Part shown: piece by piece, positions 1-12,670 of the stretch
Layout of the letters: the number at the start of each line of letters is the position of its first letter
Numbering within the stretch: position 1 is the stretch's first letter
DNA from: Perna viridis
Lineage: Eukaryota
DNA: 64,000 bases
Direction: 5' to 3'
Assembly (NCBI GenBank): GCA_037379345.1
Contig: CM074513.1
Location: forward strand, 19,158,001 to 19,222,000
Position numbers and translations under genes: made by a program
The notes under the pieces: generated by a model
What the model was told of the DNA's origin: nothing
Seen by the model: the letters and a program-made list of their open reading frames with translations, nothing else
The model's database searches: none

Positions 1-125
1 CTGAAAAAATTCCCAACGATGTTAGAACTGTCAAATTTGCGATGCAAATCTTTGGTCGTTCCCTCCGCTGGACTCGAACTCGTACTGCCGTGACATCTAT
101 GGCAACACCACCTGCACTAAGTTTC
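1..125 (-). mobile_element. tRNA-derived SINE head fragment
   Basis: Minus strand reads ...cgaGTTCGAGTCCagcggagg... (pol III B-box) followed by a non-tRNA body running off the window. Confidence 0.45.
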
Positions 126-562
126 AGACCTATATATGTATATATATATCAATTAGAAACTGAACATTCATCTATCCAATTTGTATCTACTTGACGATTA
201 TTGTTTTTTAGTCCATAAACCATTTTTTGTTCAAGTGCATCTCATGCTCGCATAACTTATTTTATAAAAAAAAACAATTTTATATGCAGTTTTATTGTAG
301 CGATGTTGAAAGATTTGGATATACGTTTTGCCTGAACACTGCAATGTTATTCGAGTAACCTTGAACAAAACTGAAAACTCTCCGATTATTTTGTTTCAAA
401 CAAGGAGCAGAAGATTATTTTTTTATGAATAGTCATCTGAAAAAAATAGTAGAATAGTTCAAAAATAATTGCATTTTTCTAGAACGTAGAATGAATAGGC
501 GTCTCAAGTATACTAGACATGCACATGAGTTTTACTAAGAGCGAAAAAAATATCGTAAATGT

Positions 563-672
563 CAGGCGTCGGTTTCACAAAAAGTCGTAAGTGTGAAATT
601 TATCGTAAATTATGACGTCATTACTTACAATCAACTTTACACTTACGACTTTTTTTGTGAAATCGACGCCTG
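563..672. mobile_element. Palindromic mini-MITE (about 110 bp)
   Basis: caggcgtcggtttcacaaaaagtcgtaagtgt ... acacttacgactttttttgtgaaatcgacgcctg, about 32-bp inverted repeat. Confidence 0.6.
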
Positions 673-1265
673 GTTCGGTGCATGGAATGTGTGCATATCG
701 TACATATAATGGCACATAGTAAATAAGTTAAAAAAACAAATCCATCTATCATTAGTTTAAGATATTGCAACTATCAACTTAAATTGTGAAAACAATAGCA
801 ACGAAAACAATGTCCTACTATTGTGAATACATTATTCAAATTTAATGTGCAGTTGGTCAATCCACTATTAAGACTGAAAACTTTTAAAACATTTTTGTAA
901 ACTTTATCACATCATATCAGGTTGCTAATAAATGATAATATTTATTAAATCCTAATGCAGCACACCTGCAAAATGCATGTTTGATAAATTAGTATAAGAT
1001 ATATTTATTTCATCATATAATTTTTCTGTCTAGATTCAATTATGCAGAAATGTAAATTTATCATATAAGTAAATAAATAGCTTTAAAGAAAGTGTTATAA
1101 GTCTTGGTGCGATAAAATTGTTGTTCATGATCCATATACTTCATAAAAAGGACAAAGAATGCTTAATGGTATTATATTTCTGCAACATCCGGGTCCTTAA
1201 GCGTAAATTCAAAACCATGGATGGAATAACATAGGTAAGAATAATTATATTAAAAATAGATATTA

Positions 1266-1663
1266 AATAGCACTCCACGTAAGAATCATGCAAAATGTGA
1301 TTCATGGGTGAAAAACCTGCATATTTTTATTTCTGATAACCTGTTTAAAACGCCATAGTAAACAGAAAGTAACGTGGTTTTTCGTATAATTGTTGTTCAT
1401 AGGAGATGAAAATTATATAGAATGTACTGTAGAATTCAAAAATAAGGGAGATAAATCTGTAGTTGAGACCAAAATAAAATAGAAACTATTGGATTTTCAT
1501 GTGGATTATCTCCTAAGAGCAGATAGATTGGGATGAATAATTATACCTTTCATCATATAGACTTATAAAGCAACTTAATAACAAAAATAAAAATATGTAG
1601 CCATTTTTTTTAGGTGTATCACATTTTACAGAATTTGCATGATTCTTAAAAAAGACTGCCACT
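1266..1663. mobile_element. TTAA-flanked MITE family C (about 400 bp)
   Basis: tagcactcc..taagaatcatgcaaaatgtga ... tgcatgattctt..aagactgccacttaa; related copies at 3767-4163 (reverse), 30349-30743 and 31616-32007. Confidence 0.7.
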
Positions 1664-1669
1664 TAAATA

Positions 1670-2112
1670 TGGTGAAACCTGTCTAAACCGAATTCTTTTT
1701 TTAAACTTTAAATATTGTTCGGTTTAAGCATCAGGTATATTATTTACAAAGATTCTCAATAATTTAAATCGATATAAAGGGACTTTCAAAAGTGTTTGGT
1801 GAAGACATGTTTACGGATTATTCGGGAAGTGCTTAAGACAGGTTTTTCCGGACATAGAAATTTCTATATATTTGCAAGAAATGAGAATTGCAAGCAAAAT
1901 ATGTGTTGAAATGTGCAAGATTCATTTCTTCTTGCTTTGTTCAGCGAAACTTGTCCTAAGCAATCCCTGAATAAACCGAAGCCTTCTTTTCACAAAATAT
2001 TCTTTTTTCTTTGTTTCATTTTAATGTGTTTTGGACATAGTAAAACCTAACATTTGTCTATACTGAACGAATTTTAGAGACAAAAAGGCGTCCGTTTCGA
2101 TAGGTTTCATTA
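1670..2112. mobile_element. Two decayed TA-type (Tc1/mariner/pogo-like) MITEs, family A
   Basis: gtgaaacctgtctaaaccg ... cggtttagacaggtttcactg-type termini; other copies near 3085-3270, 4180-4327, 29100-29260, 33781-33958, 36329-36478, 44017-44480 and 45092-45230. Confidence 0.55.
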
Positions 2113-2523
2113 CATTGCATTTTTGTCAACAAAAAAAACAAACAAACAAACAAACAAACAAAACAAAGAAAAAAACAAAAAAAAAACTTTTGAGTTATAA
2201 AAGAACGTTGAACCTTAACTATCATGAAATATCTGTGGAAGACATTTTATGTTATATAAACATTATATGAATTGTACAATTTATCATATATGCGCCAAAG
2301 AAAAAAGCATTTTGCATCTGTAATCTTTAAAAGATGTAATAAAATTATCATTTTTGGCAAAATATGTTGTTATATTTGCATCATTTTTCAACGTAATGGC
2401 ATTCTTATCAACCAATAAAATTTCATTTATGTTTTAAGTTATGGTCTGATAAAAAGATATACATAGTTGGAATACTTTATTGGACCACGTTAAATCAAAT
2501 TAATTTCTTAATTTCGCAGTTAA

Positions 2524-2985
2524 GGTTACAGACCACCAATTCAACCAATGAGCATTTGGAACGTACGCAAAAATAATCCTACGCAGAAATTACCCCTGTT
2601 CCTCATAGTGCTGTGAAAGAAGTTCTCATCTTATTTAAAAAATTTAAACAGTTTCTGAAAGGAAAAACATTTCTGTACATTTTATAGGTGCATTTTGCTT
2701 CTTGTGATGTGAAGCCTAATCTCCATAATGATTTTTAAATATACCCCTATCTTGTGAAAACACTGGGATTTCCCATGCTATTTATAGACCCTTCACTTCC
2801 GGTGACCAGTATTGCACTGCAAGTCTGCTAACCCCACATGCCATTCTGAGGATTGTGAACTGACATATGTAGAATCATGCTGATATATAGTCCTCTGCAG
2901 GTTAAAGTTAAGGTAAAGTCCAGAGAAGCCATTGAATATTGTGAAATTAGCATAGAAGCCTATGTGGAATTAGTGGTTTTTAGCC
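2524..2985. mobile_element. Young non-autonomous DNA transposon (462 bp), TTAA TSD, Kolobok-like termini
   Basis: ttaa|GGTTACAGACCACCAATTC ... GAATTAGTGGTTTTTAGCC|ttaa; near-identical copy at 24335-24801. Confidence 0.8.
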
Positions 2986-3766
2986 TTAAGTCGAGTGAAA
3001 TACTTAGTTCAACAGTGGAATACTTCATTCCTGATTAATTACATGATAAGTGTGAGTGTTATTGATTTCAGATTTTCAGTTGAATACAATGAAGCCTGTC
3101 GATACCAAAACCCTTTGGTTTTAGACAGGTGCAGTTCGGTTTACACAGGTGAAGGTTGATTTACACAGGTTCAAAAAAAACATTGAAACTGATACGAAGG
3201 GAATTTGATAGTAGCTGGTTTAGACAGGGGTTTCGGATCATTTTGGCTTCGGTTTAGATATGTTTCTATGTACCTACCTAATTAATATAATAAGCAGAAC
3301 CCATTCTTGTACTTATGTAAATTAATCGCTTTGACTTTGCCAATGGAAGACAAAGGCAGTTGGTGGCGCATGTTTTCATCTATTAGAAATCACAAACTCA
3401 TGTTCTCTAAAAAGGAATTAACTGAAATGTTAAAATGAAATAAAATGACACAGAAAGTACTCGGAACCTTAAAGTAAAGGAAATAACGTTTTTAATTTTT
3501 TTCATAATTTAGTTTAAATGTTAGGGAATTTTGAACATAATCATATTCTGAGTCATCAACTTTATATATTATATAAAGAAAATTCCCCGTTTTCTTTAAC
3601 ATCATTAAATACGTTTAATGCACTATATTGAAACGAGAAATGGTGGGATAAAGTTTACTCTGTGACGACCATAATATAGGTTATTCCAGGTGTTTTCATG
3701 GACAGGCTCTTAATTAAAACCGTCAAAAAGGAAGACACCTACTACTGATCATAGTCTTGATTTTGA

Positions 3767-4163
3767 GTATCAGTCTTTGTAAGAATCAAACAAATTCTGT
3801 TAAATGTGATACACCCCACAAAAAGGCTACACATTTTAATTTTTGTTATTAAGTTGCTTTATTGGTCTTTACGGTGAAATGTATAATTATTCATTCCAAT
3901 ATGTCTGCTTTAATAGATAATCCACATTGAAAATCCAACCGTTTCTATTGTATTTTACTGTCATTTACGGAGTTATCTCCCTTAATTTTTAATTCTACAG
4001 TACATTCTATGTAATTGTTATCTCCTAAGAGCATGGGTTGTATGAAAAACTTCATGTTAATTTCTGTTCACTATAACATTTTAAACAAAATATCAATTTA
4101 AAAAAAATATGCAGGCTTTCCAACCATATATCACATTTTGCATGATTCTTAATGGAATGCTAC
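3767..4163. mobile_element. MITE family C copy (reverse orientation)
   Basis: Reverse complement of 1266-1663. Confidence 0.65.
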
Positions 4164-7100
4164 TTAAATGTTTTATGTCTGAAATCTCTGAAACAAAACC
4201 TGTTCAAATCGAACTACTTGTGGACTGAAGAATGTGTTCGGTTTAGAAATGAACGGACTTTAAACAGAATCTGGTTTAGAAATGCTTTCGGGCCATTTAG
4301 GGTCGAGTTTAGACTAGTTTTACTGTATATAATATGCGTTCTTACTATTTTCGCAGTAATAGTTTGAATAACCAATTCTAGTGCAGTCATTTAACTCAAA
4401 ATATTATATCAATTCCCACCAAATAAAATGTATGTTCGTCTGTTAATGTTCGTTGTAGTTGCTACTCATTCTAAACTTATGAAACGTTTAAGATATGGAA
4501 ATTGATAATTTTGTAGATGTACTTGACACAAGTATCATATCATGCTTGCAAAGGGAGGTAATCTAACCTTAGGGTTTACATGTTTTAGACAAGGAAATAA
4601 TTTGCCAGCTCACCCAAAATTGTTATTACATGTCTTTAACAATATTCAGTCTCACTTATCTGGGAAAAAATCATTTCCATGGCAATTGCTTCCGATTTTT
4701 TCATTCGATGAATTTTATCTTTGTTATGGTATGTATGCTCTCCTTAAATTAAATACTTATTGCTTGTCAGTCAATTTGGTACTGTTAAAAAATGTATGAA
4801 ATAAAAGTAAATACGTCCTGGTAGTAGCCTTAATTGTACGGGATTTCTCACAAACTGCCTCATCAACATTTCTCAATGCTATAAAATCATGTTTGAATCT
4901 TTGAACTCTTTTGAAATAACTTACGGTAGGGCAATTTATTTTTTACAAACAAAAAATTTATTCTATTGAGAAAGTGATCTTTTGCGCGTTAGTAAAAATC
5001 CATTTTACCTCAATAAATTTTGAATTAAGTCGTAAAATTCTCATTTTTAACAAAATAATTTAGTTTATTTGCTTCAATTTTGTTCGTGATGGAATTTGTA
5101 CCACTCTATAAAACCTCACGCATTGAAAGTTTATGGTGCATTTAAAGTAGCTTCCCCAATAGTTAATTTATTTTAATGTGCATAGATACGCATTATCTGC
5201 AGTTCAAACGAGCTTTGTTAGTCGACATCTACAAATTATTTTCCACAAAATGTGGATTTAATTGTCATTCTCACTACTTATGTGAAATATTTATGCTGGG
5301 CATGATGCGGAACTTAATTATTAATACAGAGATCAAACTAATAATAAAAAGCTAGTAAACAAGGCTAAACATTCATAATTCTTCCGCAAATATTTCGTCG
5401 ACAACACGGGTGATACAAATCATCTTTAGTTATTTTTTTTCTCTTATAGCCTATAGAGCTTGTAAGTCTCGTTCTAGGTCTATTTTTGATCCGGAATTCC
5501 AAAGATTGAAAGCGTTTAGAACCGGAGACCGGTTTGTGTTTCGTTTGCTGCTTCTGGAAAAAAAACAATATGGCGCATTGTTATCAGAATTTTCTAATTT
5601 TTTTTATTACTATAAGAATAGATCCTTATGAAAACATTACTACAAGATGCCATACACCAAAAGAAAGCCATGGGTTGAATGAAGGGGTTGAAACTTGAAC
5701 CGTTTAAAAATGAGGGGACAAAGAGCGGTTCGAACCAAGCATTTGCAAGATTTTTGGACAATAGCTTGATTAAATGAGAATGGGTATCGTTAGATTTGTA
5801 CTACAAAATGTCGTACAACAGAAGGAAGGCTAGGAATAATGTTTAAGGTTGTGAATTAAACCTTCTACATGTAGGAATAAGTGATCAAAGAAGGGCAAGA
5901 AACAAACATCTTCCTTAAGTACCGAAGTTAACGTAAGTCTTTGAAATTGAAAGAAAATCTCCCATTTAGGAATCAATTTGTCGCAAAAACATAAATTGAA
6001 CCATTTTTGTATTTATTTTTCACTTTTAAACCTCGAGGAGGCAAAAATCAAAAATGATAAAAAAGAAACAAGTAAAATGGAAGAAAATCTGAAATTCCGA
6101 AAATTCCTATTTCTTAAGATAAGGTCATTATTGTGACCTTAAAAATGAGAATTAAGAGCTTGAAACAAGCAGATATGTTGGATACTTCTATATCTTTAAC
6201 TATAGTACCCAAAATGTCTTCTCTCATACAGTGTTTATATGAAAAAAAAAGCATTTTGTTCAAGTTGAGAATTTTTTTAGGCGTAGAAGGCAAATTTCAA
6301 CTAAATGGAGTTGAAATAGTTCAAATATTTATTACATGGGGTCATAGACAGTCGATTTAAACGTTTGTTCAAACTACGGTATTTCAACAAATTGACAAGA
6401 CCGGGTGAAATAGAAGAAAATCTGAAATTACCTTTCTACCATAATATAATAATTGTAAACAAAAACGAAAAACTGAGCGCCCTTAACTGAGCAGATATAT
6501 TAGATACATCGGTATTTAATTATAAATGCCATAAAATGCGAGTTTTACTGTGTTGGTATGTTGTGTAATAACATTTTATTTCATACTGAAACCTGTTTTA
6601 TAGGGATAGGGATAGTATTTTTAATATTCTGGGAAAACTTTAACATGAAAATAAGCTTTTCTTGATTTCATTATGTAGAAAATTAAATAGTCTATCAATT
6701 GATACCAAATTTAAGAAGTTTTCATCGTGCATTAACTTGAACAGTCGAATTAATAGGACTTTTTTTACGGAAAATTCGAAAATCCCAGTTCAGCCATTTT
6801 TGATAAACTCTGACTATAAAAATCGCCGAAAGTCATCATAGAAGTACCCCAGAAGTTGGTGAGTGGAATGGTACACGGTTAATCATCCAAGCACATGAAC
6901 CAATGCTTTTTAATGGCAGTATTGTACCAATACCCTTGAATTCATATGACAAACTGACGAGTAGGTGTAAGATATGTCAGAAAGTTATCAATCGTATAAT
7001 CGCTTCCTGGTTTACAATATATTACTCTACTAGATTATAGTCTCAGTTTGCTATACAGTTTGCAAAAAAAGTCAAAAGGAAGAGAAACACTATTCATTCC

Positions 7101-7214
7101 AAATCTGCTCTGTGGTTTCCGATGAGAGCGGTGGTGGTGGTGGTGGGGGGGGGGGGGCATTTCTTTTACCCTGTTAATTTGCTCCAAAATGTTAATAAGG
7201 TTCTTTATTTTTTA

Positions 7215-7625
7215 TTAATTGTTCTTATAATCGAGAAATGGTTGGGGGACTGTTTTTCTAATATCATCTTATTTGAGATGGTAATAAAAATGGGTAATGA
7301 GACCCTCTCAAAAGAGATGTTGGCGGGCTTGAGAAGCTTGTGATGAATTTTATGAGGCCAGAGAACTAAGTGATAAGAGTTCTTCATATTTTTGCATTGC
7401 TCTTATAATCAAGAAACGATGGGGGAACTGTTTTTCTAAATATGGATAATGAGGCCCTCTCAAAGAGATGCTAATAGGCATGAGAAGCTTGTGAAGAGGC
7501 CAGGGAATCAAGTAATTAACTTTATGAGGTCTGAGAACTAAGTAATTAACTTTGTGAGGCCAGAGAATTAAGTAATTAACTTGTTGAGGCCTGAAAACAA
7601 GGTAATAAAAACTTTGTAAGGCCTA
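7215..7625 (+). repeat. Local duplication plus a ~29-bp minisatellite (tgaggccagagaactaagtaattaacttt)
   Basis: About 130-bp unit at ~7220 and ~7400, then 4-5 degenerate 29-30-bp units ending about 20 bp before the exon acceptor. Confidence 0.7.
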
Positions 7626-7647
7626 ACCTCGAGGTTAAATCTTTCAG

Positions 7648-7824
7648 TTGATGGTACGGAACACAAACGGGTACTGGAGTGACTGGAGCGAGTGGAGTGT
7701 TTGTAGCCAATCTTGTGGCGGCGGGGTAACATACAGGGTGCGACAATGTCTCTACCATGATGGTCATCACTTGAAAAGGCCCTGCAAGGGAAAGCATACA
7801 AAATACAGGACATGTAATAACCAG
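7648..7824 (+). CDS. ADAMTSL exon: TSR1 (WSDWSEWSVCSQSCGGG)
   Basis: tttcag acceptor, CAG|gtatga donor, WxxWxxW-CSxSCGxG motif. Confidence 0.9.
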
Positions 7825-10800
7825 GTATGAAAACTATAGTTCCTTGGTATGAACATGTATGTTTTGTTTACACAATCACTGTAAACTACTCTTCATATGT
7901 ATCGTATCGGTGCAAAAAAAACAGGCACAAAAACTTTAATTGTGAATTTAACATTACGCTATTGACTATACCATTAAATTCTGAATAAGACAAATATATA
8001 TTGCAGAATGATTGTTCATTTAGTATCCGATGCTATATGCCTTGTCGCCATTTAGAAAACTGCAATTACATGTAATATATTTTTTCCCTATTCCAGCTAT
8101 GCGAGAAAGGGGCTATAGGGTTACGAAGCTTACAATGTAGTTCTCATAACGACGAAACACTCTATGGTAGAAAACTAACATGGATTCCACATCATGACCC
8201 TCTATCGCCATGCTCTCTGTATTGTAAAGCTAATGGGACCGATATCGTTCATCTCTTTTCACCAAAGGTGCTTGATGGAACGAGGTGTAACACTAAGGGG
8301 CTTGATATGTGTGTCAACGGTGAATGCTGGGTTTGTACATAATAATTATCATGTGTATCATTTTATAAATATTCTGTTATTAAAAGCGTTGACATTGCGT
8401 TAAATTGTAACCGAATTGATGCCACGAATATATTGACGTTTATGCATTTCTGTTGAAAAAATATGGGAAAGATATAATTCACTTGAATTTTAATATTATC
8501 GAACGTTCGATTTAACGATGTATTCTTTGGTAGTAATATTTTAGATATAAAGTATTAACATGGATGACCAAGATATACATAATGCATTTCTATTACCAAC
8601 AGTCGAGCCGCGTTATTTTATTTTACGATCAATCATTTGTAAGTCAATAATAATAGTATGATTACTCAAATTTCAAGCATAAAATTTACAAACAGAGCAA
8701 ACCAAAGATGATTCATTTCTTGTTCAAATTTGAGAAAAAAAGATATATAATAAAATTCGTAATTTTCCCTTAAACGCTATTTGAACGTTGACTCATTAAC
8801 CATGCATTTCAATGCAGCCTGTTGGATGTGACCATGTTTTGAATTCTACAAAAGTCGTTGATAAATGCGGAAAATGTGGAGGTGATGGTGAATGTCGACG
8901 TCGACACCGACGATTCGATTGGACATCGACAGGTTATGGTCGGTGTTCTGCTTCCTGTGGTGTAGGTAACTTTCATTTTCTGTTCTTTTTACGGTTGCGC
9001 TTTTTTTGACTAGTGTATTTCATGTTATCCAAAACTAAAATATGAATTTGAGATTTGAGTGATTTGATTTCAGAGAATTTTTGTGTCGCAAATAAGGTCA
9101 CATCTGTACATCTGTTCAACTTGTTTAACATTTAAAGGCCCATTCTTTTCCATGTTTTCTTGTTGTCTCTATCTTATACAATGTTCGAAGCTGTATATTT
9201 CGAACATTAGAAAAAAAAAACAAACAAACAAGAAAACAAAAATGAAAAGAGAAAAAAATGAAAGAAATAAATTTAAAACTTTTTAATTGCTATGATTATG
9301 CATCATCAGGAGTGAGGCAAACCCATTTTGTATGTCACAACAAGAGAAATAGAAGAGTTGTATCAAACAAATGGTGCACAAAGAACAGGCAGCCAATTCC
9401 AGACAGACAGGAATGTTTCCTTAAACCTTGTCCTCCTAGGTAATTATTCAAAAATCATTGAATTGCACTTATTGTATTTAGGTTAATAACCTAACGGCCA
9501 CAAGACCAAAACAAAATTAACAAAAAGCAACGAAACAAAACAAACAAAAAAACAAAACAAAACAAAAACAATAAAAAAAATCCAAATAAATAAACAACCA
9601 TACAACTAAACACACAAAAAAAAAGAAGAAAAGACAATTCTACATTCAACAAAGAAAGCAATACATGTAAATGGATAAATTGAATATAAAAGTATGAAGA
9701 TGCAGTCTGTTTAGTGTCAGTAATACAAAAATGAATTATAGATACATGGAACTTTTAATTGCCATATTTAACAACAGAAACAATCTCTATAGGTTTAACG
9801 TAAATGAAGGGCATAGTAAAGACAAAAAAAAACCATTTCAACCATTGTGGATGCACTGTAATGTCGGACATTTTTATTTCATATATTATTATAATAAAAC
9901 AGTAAAAATTTCTTTCCTCCACGATAAAAAATAAACGTTGATACTTTTTGCTTTCAAGTGTTTGGTATTTCAGTACATACGATTGGAGGGTTGGGCCGTG
10001 GAAAGAATGCACTGTTTCCTGCGGAGGAGGGTACTCTTGGCGGGCCGTCATCTGTATTGAAATGTTTGCCAATGCTACACAGATTGAGGTGGAGACAACT
10101 TTGTGTGGACATCCCATACCACCGAATAGAAGAGATTGCAACGAAAAGGCATGTCCGACATGGTTCGCAGGAGATTGGTCGGATGTATGTATAAGATTTA
10201 TTTGCTACTAAAGTGGTTTTTTTGAATTATGGAAACTTTTGTTACGTTAAAAACATGTTAACATGCACGGAACGTTAAATCTTATATTAAGGAGGAAGAT
10301 CTATGGTAAGGGATATTACTCTTGAAATCAGTGATATGTTTGTATCATATTCAATTTCACCAAAGCCTCTCAAGCTTTTGTTTGAAGCAGAATAAAATCA
10401 ATCCAAGTTAATTAGATGCTTACATAATATTGATGTTAAATGCTGAATACAAAGTTTCCAATGGTTTTTATGAAATGTGTCCCTTACCCTAGGGTAATAT
10501 ATAAAGAATATATAAAACTCCAGTAACTTTTTTCACATCTATTAGAATGTAATTGCTCGCCCTAGATGAACATATTACGTATGTTGCACCTCTCATTTCC
10601 GGTTTTTATGTCTTCTCATCATTAAAATCCGAATGTCTTTCATCAGCCAATTTACGTTTAGAGCATACGTGCGTTTATAACAACTACAGAAACAATAAAG
10701 TTCCTGTGAAATAAAAGCTTGTCTGTGTTAGAACGAGGCTATCTTGCAATAAAGTATTAAGTAATCGTGATAACGAAGTGCCTCTTGACTTAAGTTATCG

Positions 10801-12639
10801 AACTGTTTAATGTTCATTCATAATTACGTCTTTAGAGCATAGACAGTCAATGCAAGGAGACGAAATTGTTATCATTTGGAGAGTAAAAACGCAATAAACC
10901 ATAAACAGTTGCTACATGTATTGTAATTCCGCCTAATAAAACTTTCAGCGGCGCCTTCTTGCATTGGGTAAAGTTTTATAAAATGGGTGACCCCTTTCTC
11001 TTGTTGTTCAGAAGTAAAACTTGTCTTGGCGACCATCTTAGCGTAGAAAAAAACCTGCATTCAAAGGCTTGTACAAAGCTATTCTTTTATAGTAGATTGA
11101 TATTCTACGTGAAGTTAGCCTGTATAAGGAGTTTAAGGCAATCACGACTTGTTTGACTGTACTTTGTTTACAGTGCAGCGGCACGTGCGGCATTGGATAC
11201 CAAAGAAGAGAAGTAAAATGTCATCACGCTACAGATCAGTTCTGTGACTTCTCCATGGCACCATTAGCATACAGAAATTGCTCAACGAATATTCCATGCC
11301 CTCAAAGCCCTGCCATTCATGAACGGCAGAGTGGTATGTTTTTTATATTCAGTGTGATAAATGTGTAATAATTTATTATACTCCATCTTTTATTGCAATA
11401 GACACTTCCGTGTTATCTGTGGGGTAGATGATGAGCATGCGTACCATATAATTTCGCAAGAAAGTGGGGTATGACAAAAGAGGTTGGTATTAATAAGCAT
11501 GCGCATCGACTATCCTGTACATGTGATCAACTCGGACGAGTTCATTTGTATAATATTTCATCTAAGTATTATGAGCGCTTAGAAATGTTTATTTGAAGCT
11601 TTGTTGTACTGACTTACGTTTGTATTATTCGCAATTTCTGTCTTGTTTTGCGGCTGCAGTTTTTTTTTTTTTAAAATTATGTATATTTTCATAAAATTTG
11701 AATACACTTAGTCAGTAGTATAGACTTAGAGGAAATGTATTGTTAGTTTAGTTTTCTTCACTTCCGTGCTGCACTGTTAATTGTTTGTTTTTCTAAATTT
11801 ATTTTCATTTAAACCCGAAAAAGGGACAAATCTGACAGCAGCTTATTAAAATGAAATTTGGGAAATTACATGTAGTTCTAGCGTTCGTTATGCAGGAGAT
11901 GGATATATTCAGTAAAATTCTTTACCATATGTTTGAGTTATTAAAATATATAAATGAATTAACAGTACGTTGATTTACTAGCAAAATGTGACATAGATTG
12001 TTTTAAAAGGAAACCTTTGCAGCACAGATTCGAACTTAATTGCCTAGCTAAGCTTGACATTTTTAAATTGCATATATTTTATTTTAATTTTAAGACAAAC
12101 CAGTTATGGATATGGGTAGAAGAAAAGGTAAGAATATGTTGTGGCTGAGTACCAGGCAGATATCCAATGATATTCATAAGTTTTTACTCGGGAGGGGATA
12201 AGATTAGTTTTTCATTTCCTGTTTCATGCTCTGGTCATGTATTTTGGTTTTGACGCATTTGAATTGTCCATTTGTTTACGCTTTGGTATTTTTTGCCGAA
12301 ATTTCAATATTTTTTTTGTTTTATACCACCACAAAGAGATAGATATATACTAGTAGTGACTATGCTGTCCGTCTGTCTCAGACTCTCAATTCTTTGTGTA
12401 CCGTGTTTTTTTTCGGTAGCGATATGAATGACACCATGAGTTTCTTGTAGAGAAGCTGGGTATCAACTTGTGAGCCTTTGCTTTTTCCAGTAACATTGCA
12501 ATTAACCGCAATTTCGGATTTTGTTTTGTAACAGAATTGAAAAAAAAAACCAAATAATTGAGAATGTGATCACTTCAAACATCATTAATATGACTAATAT
12601 TATCATTATATGGTCATTCTTGTTCTTATATGAATTAAC

Positions 12640-12670
<31 letters not shown>

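Noticed and set aside
55-125. tRNA gene
   Set aside because: A B-box is present but I could not fold a cloverleaf; it fits a SINE head better.
7490-7625. CRISPR-like 29-bp repeats
   Set aside because: Head-to-tail units with no unique spacers, eukaryotic intron context and no cas genes.
9755-10141. Minus-strand ORFs overlapping exons (also 7568-7813, 17868-18155, 37806-38432)
   Set aside because: Antisense shadows of the real plus-strand coding exons.
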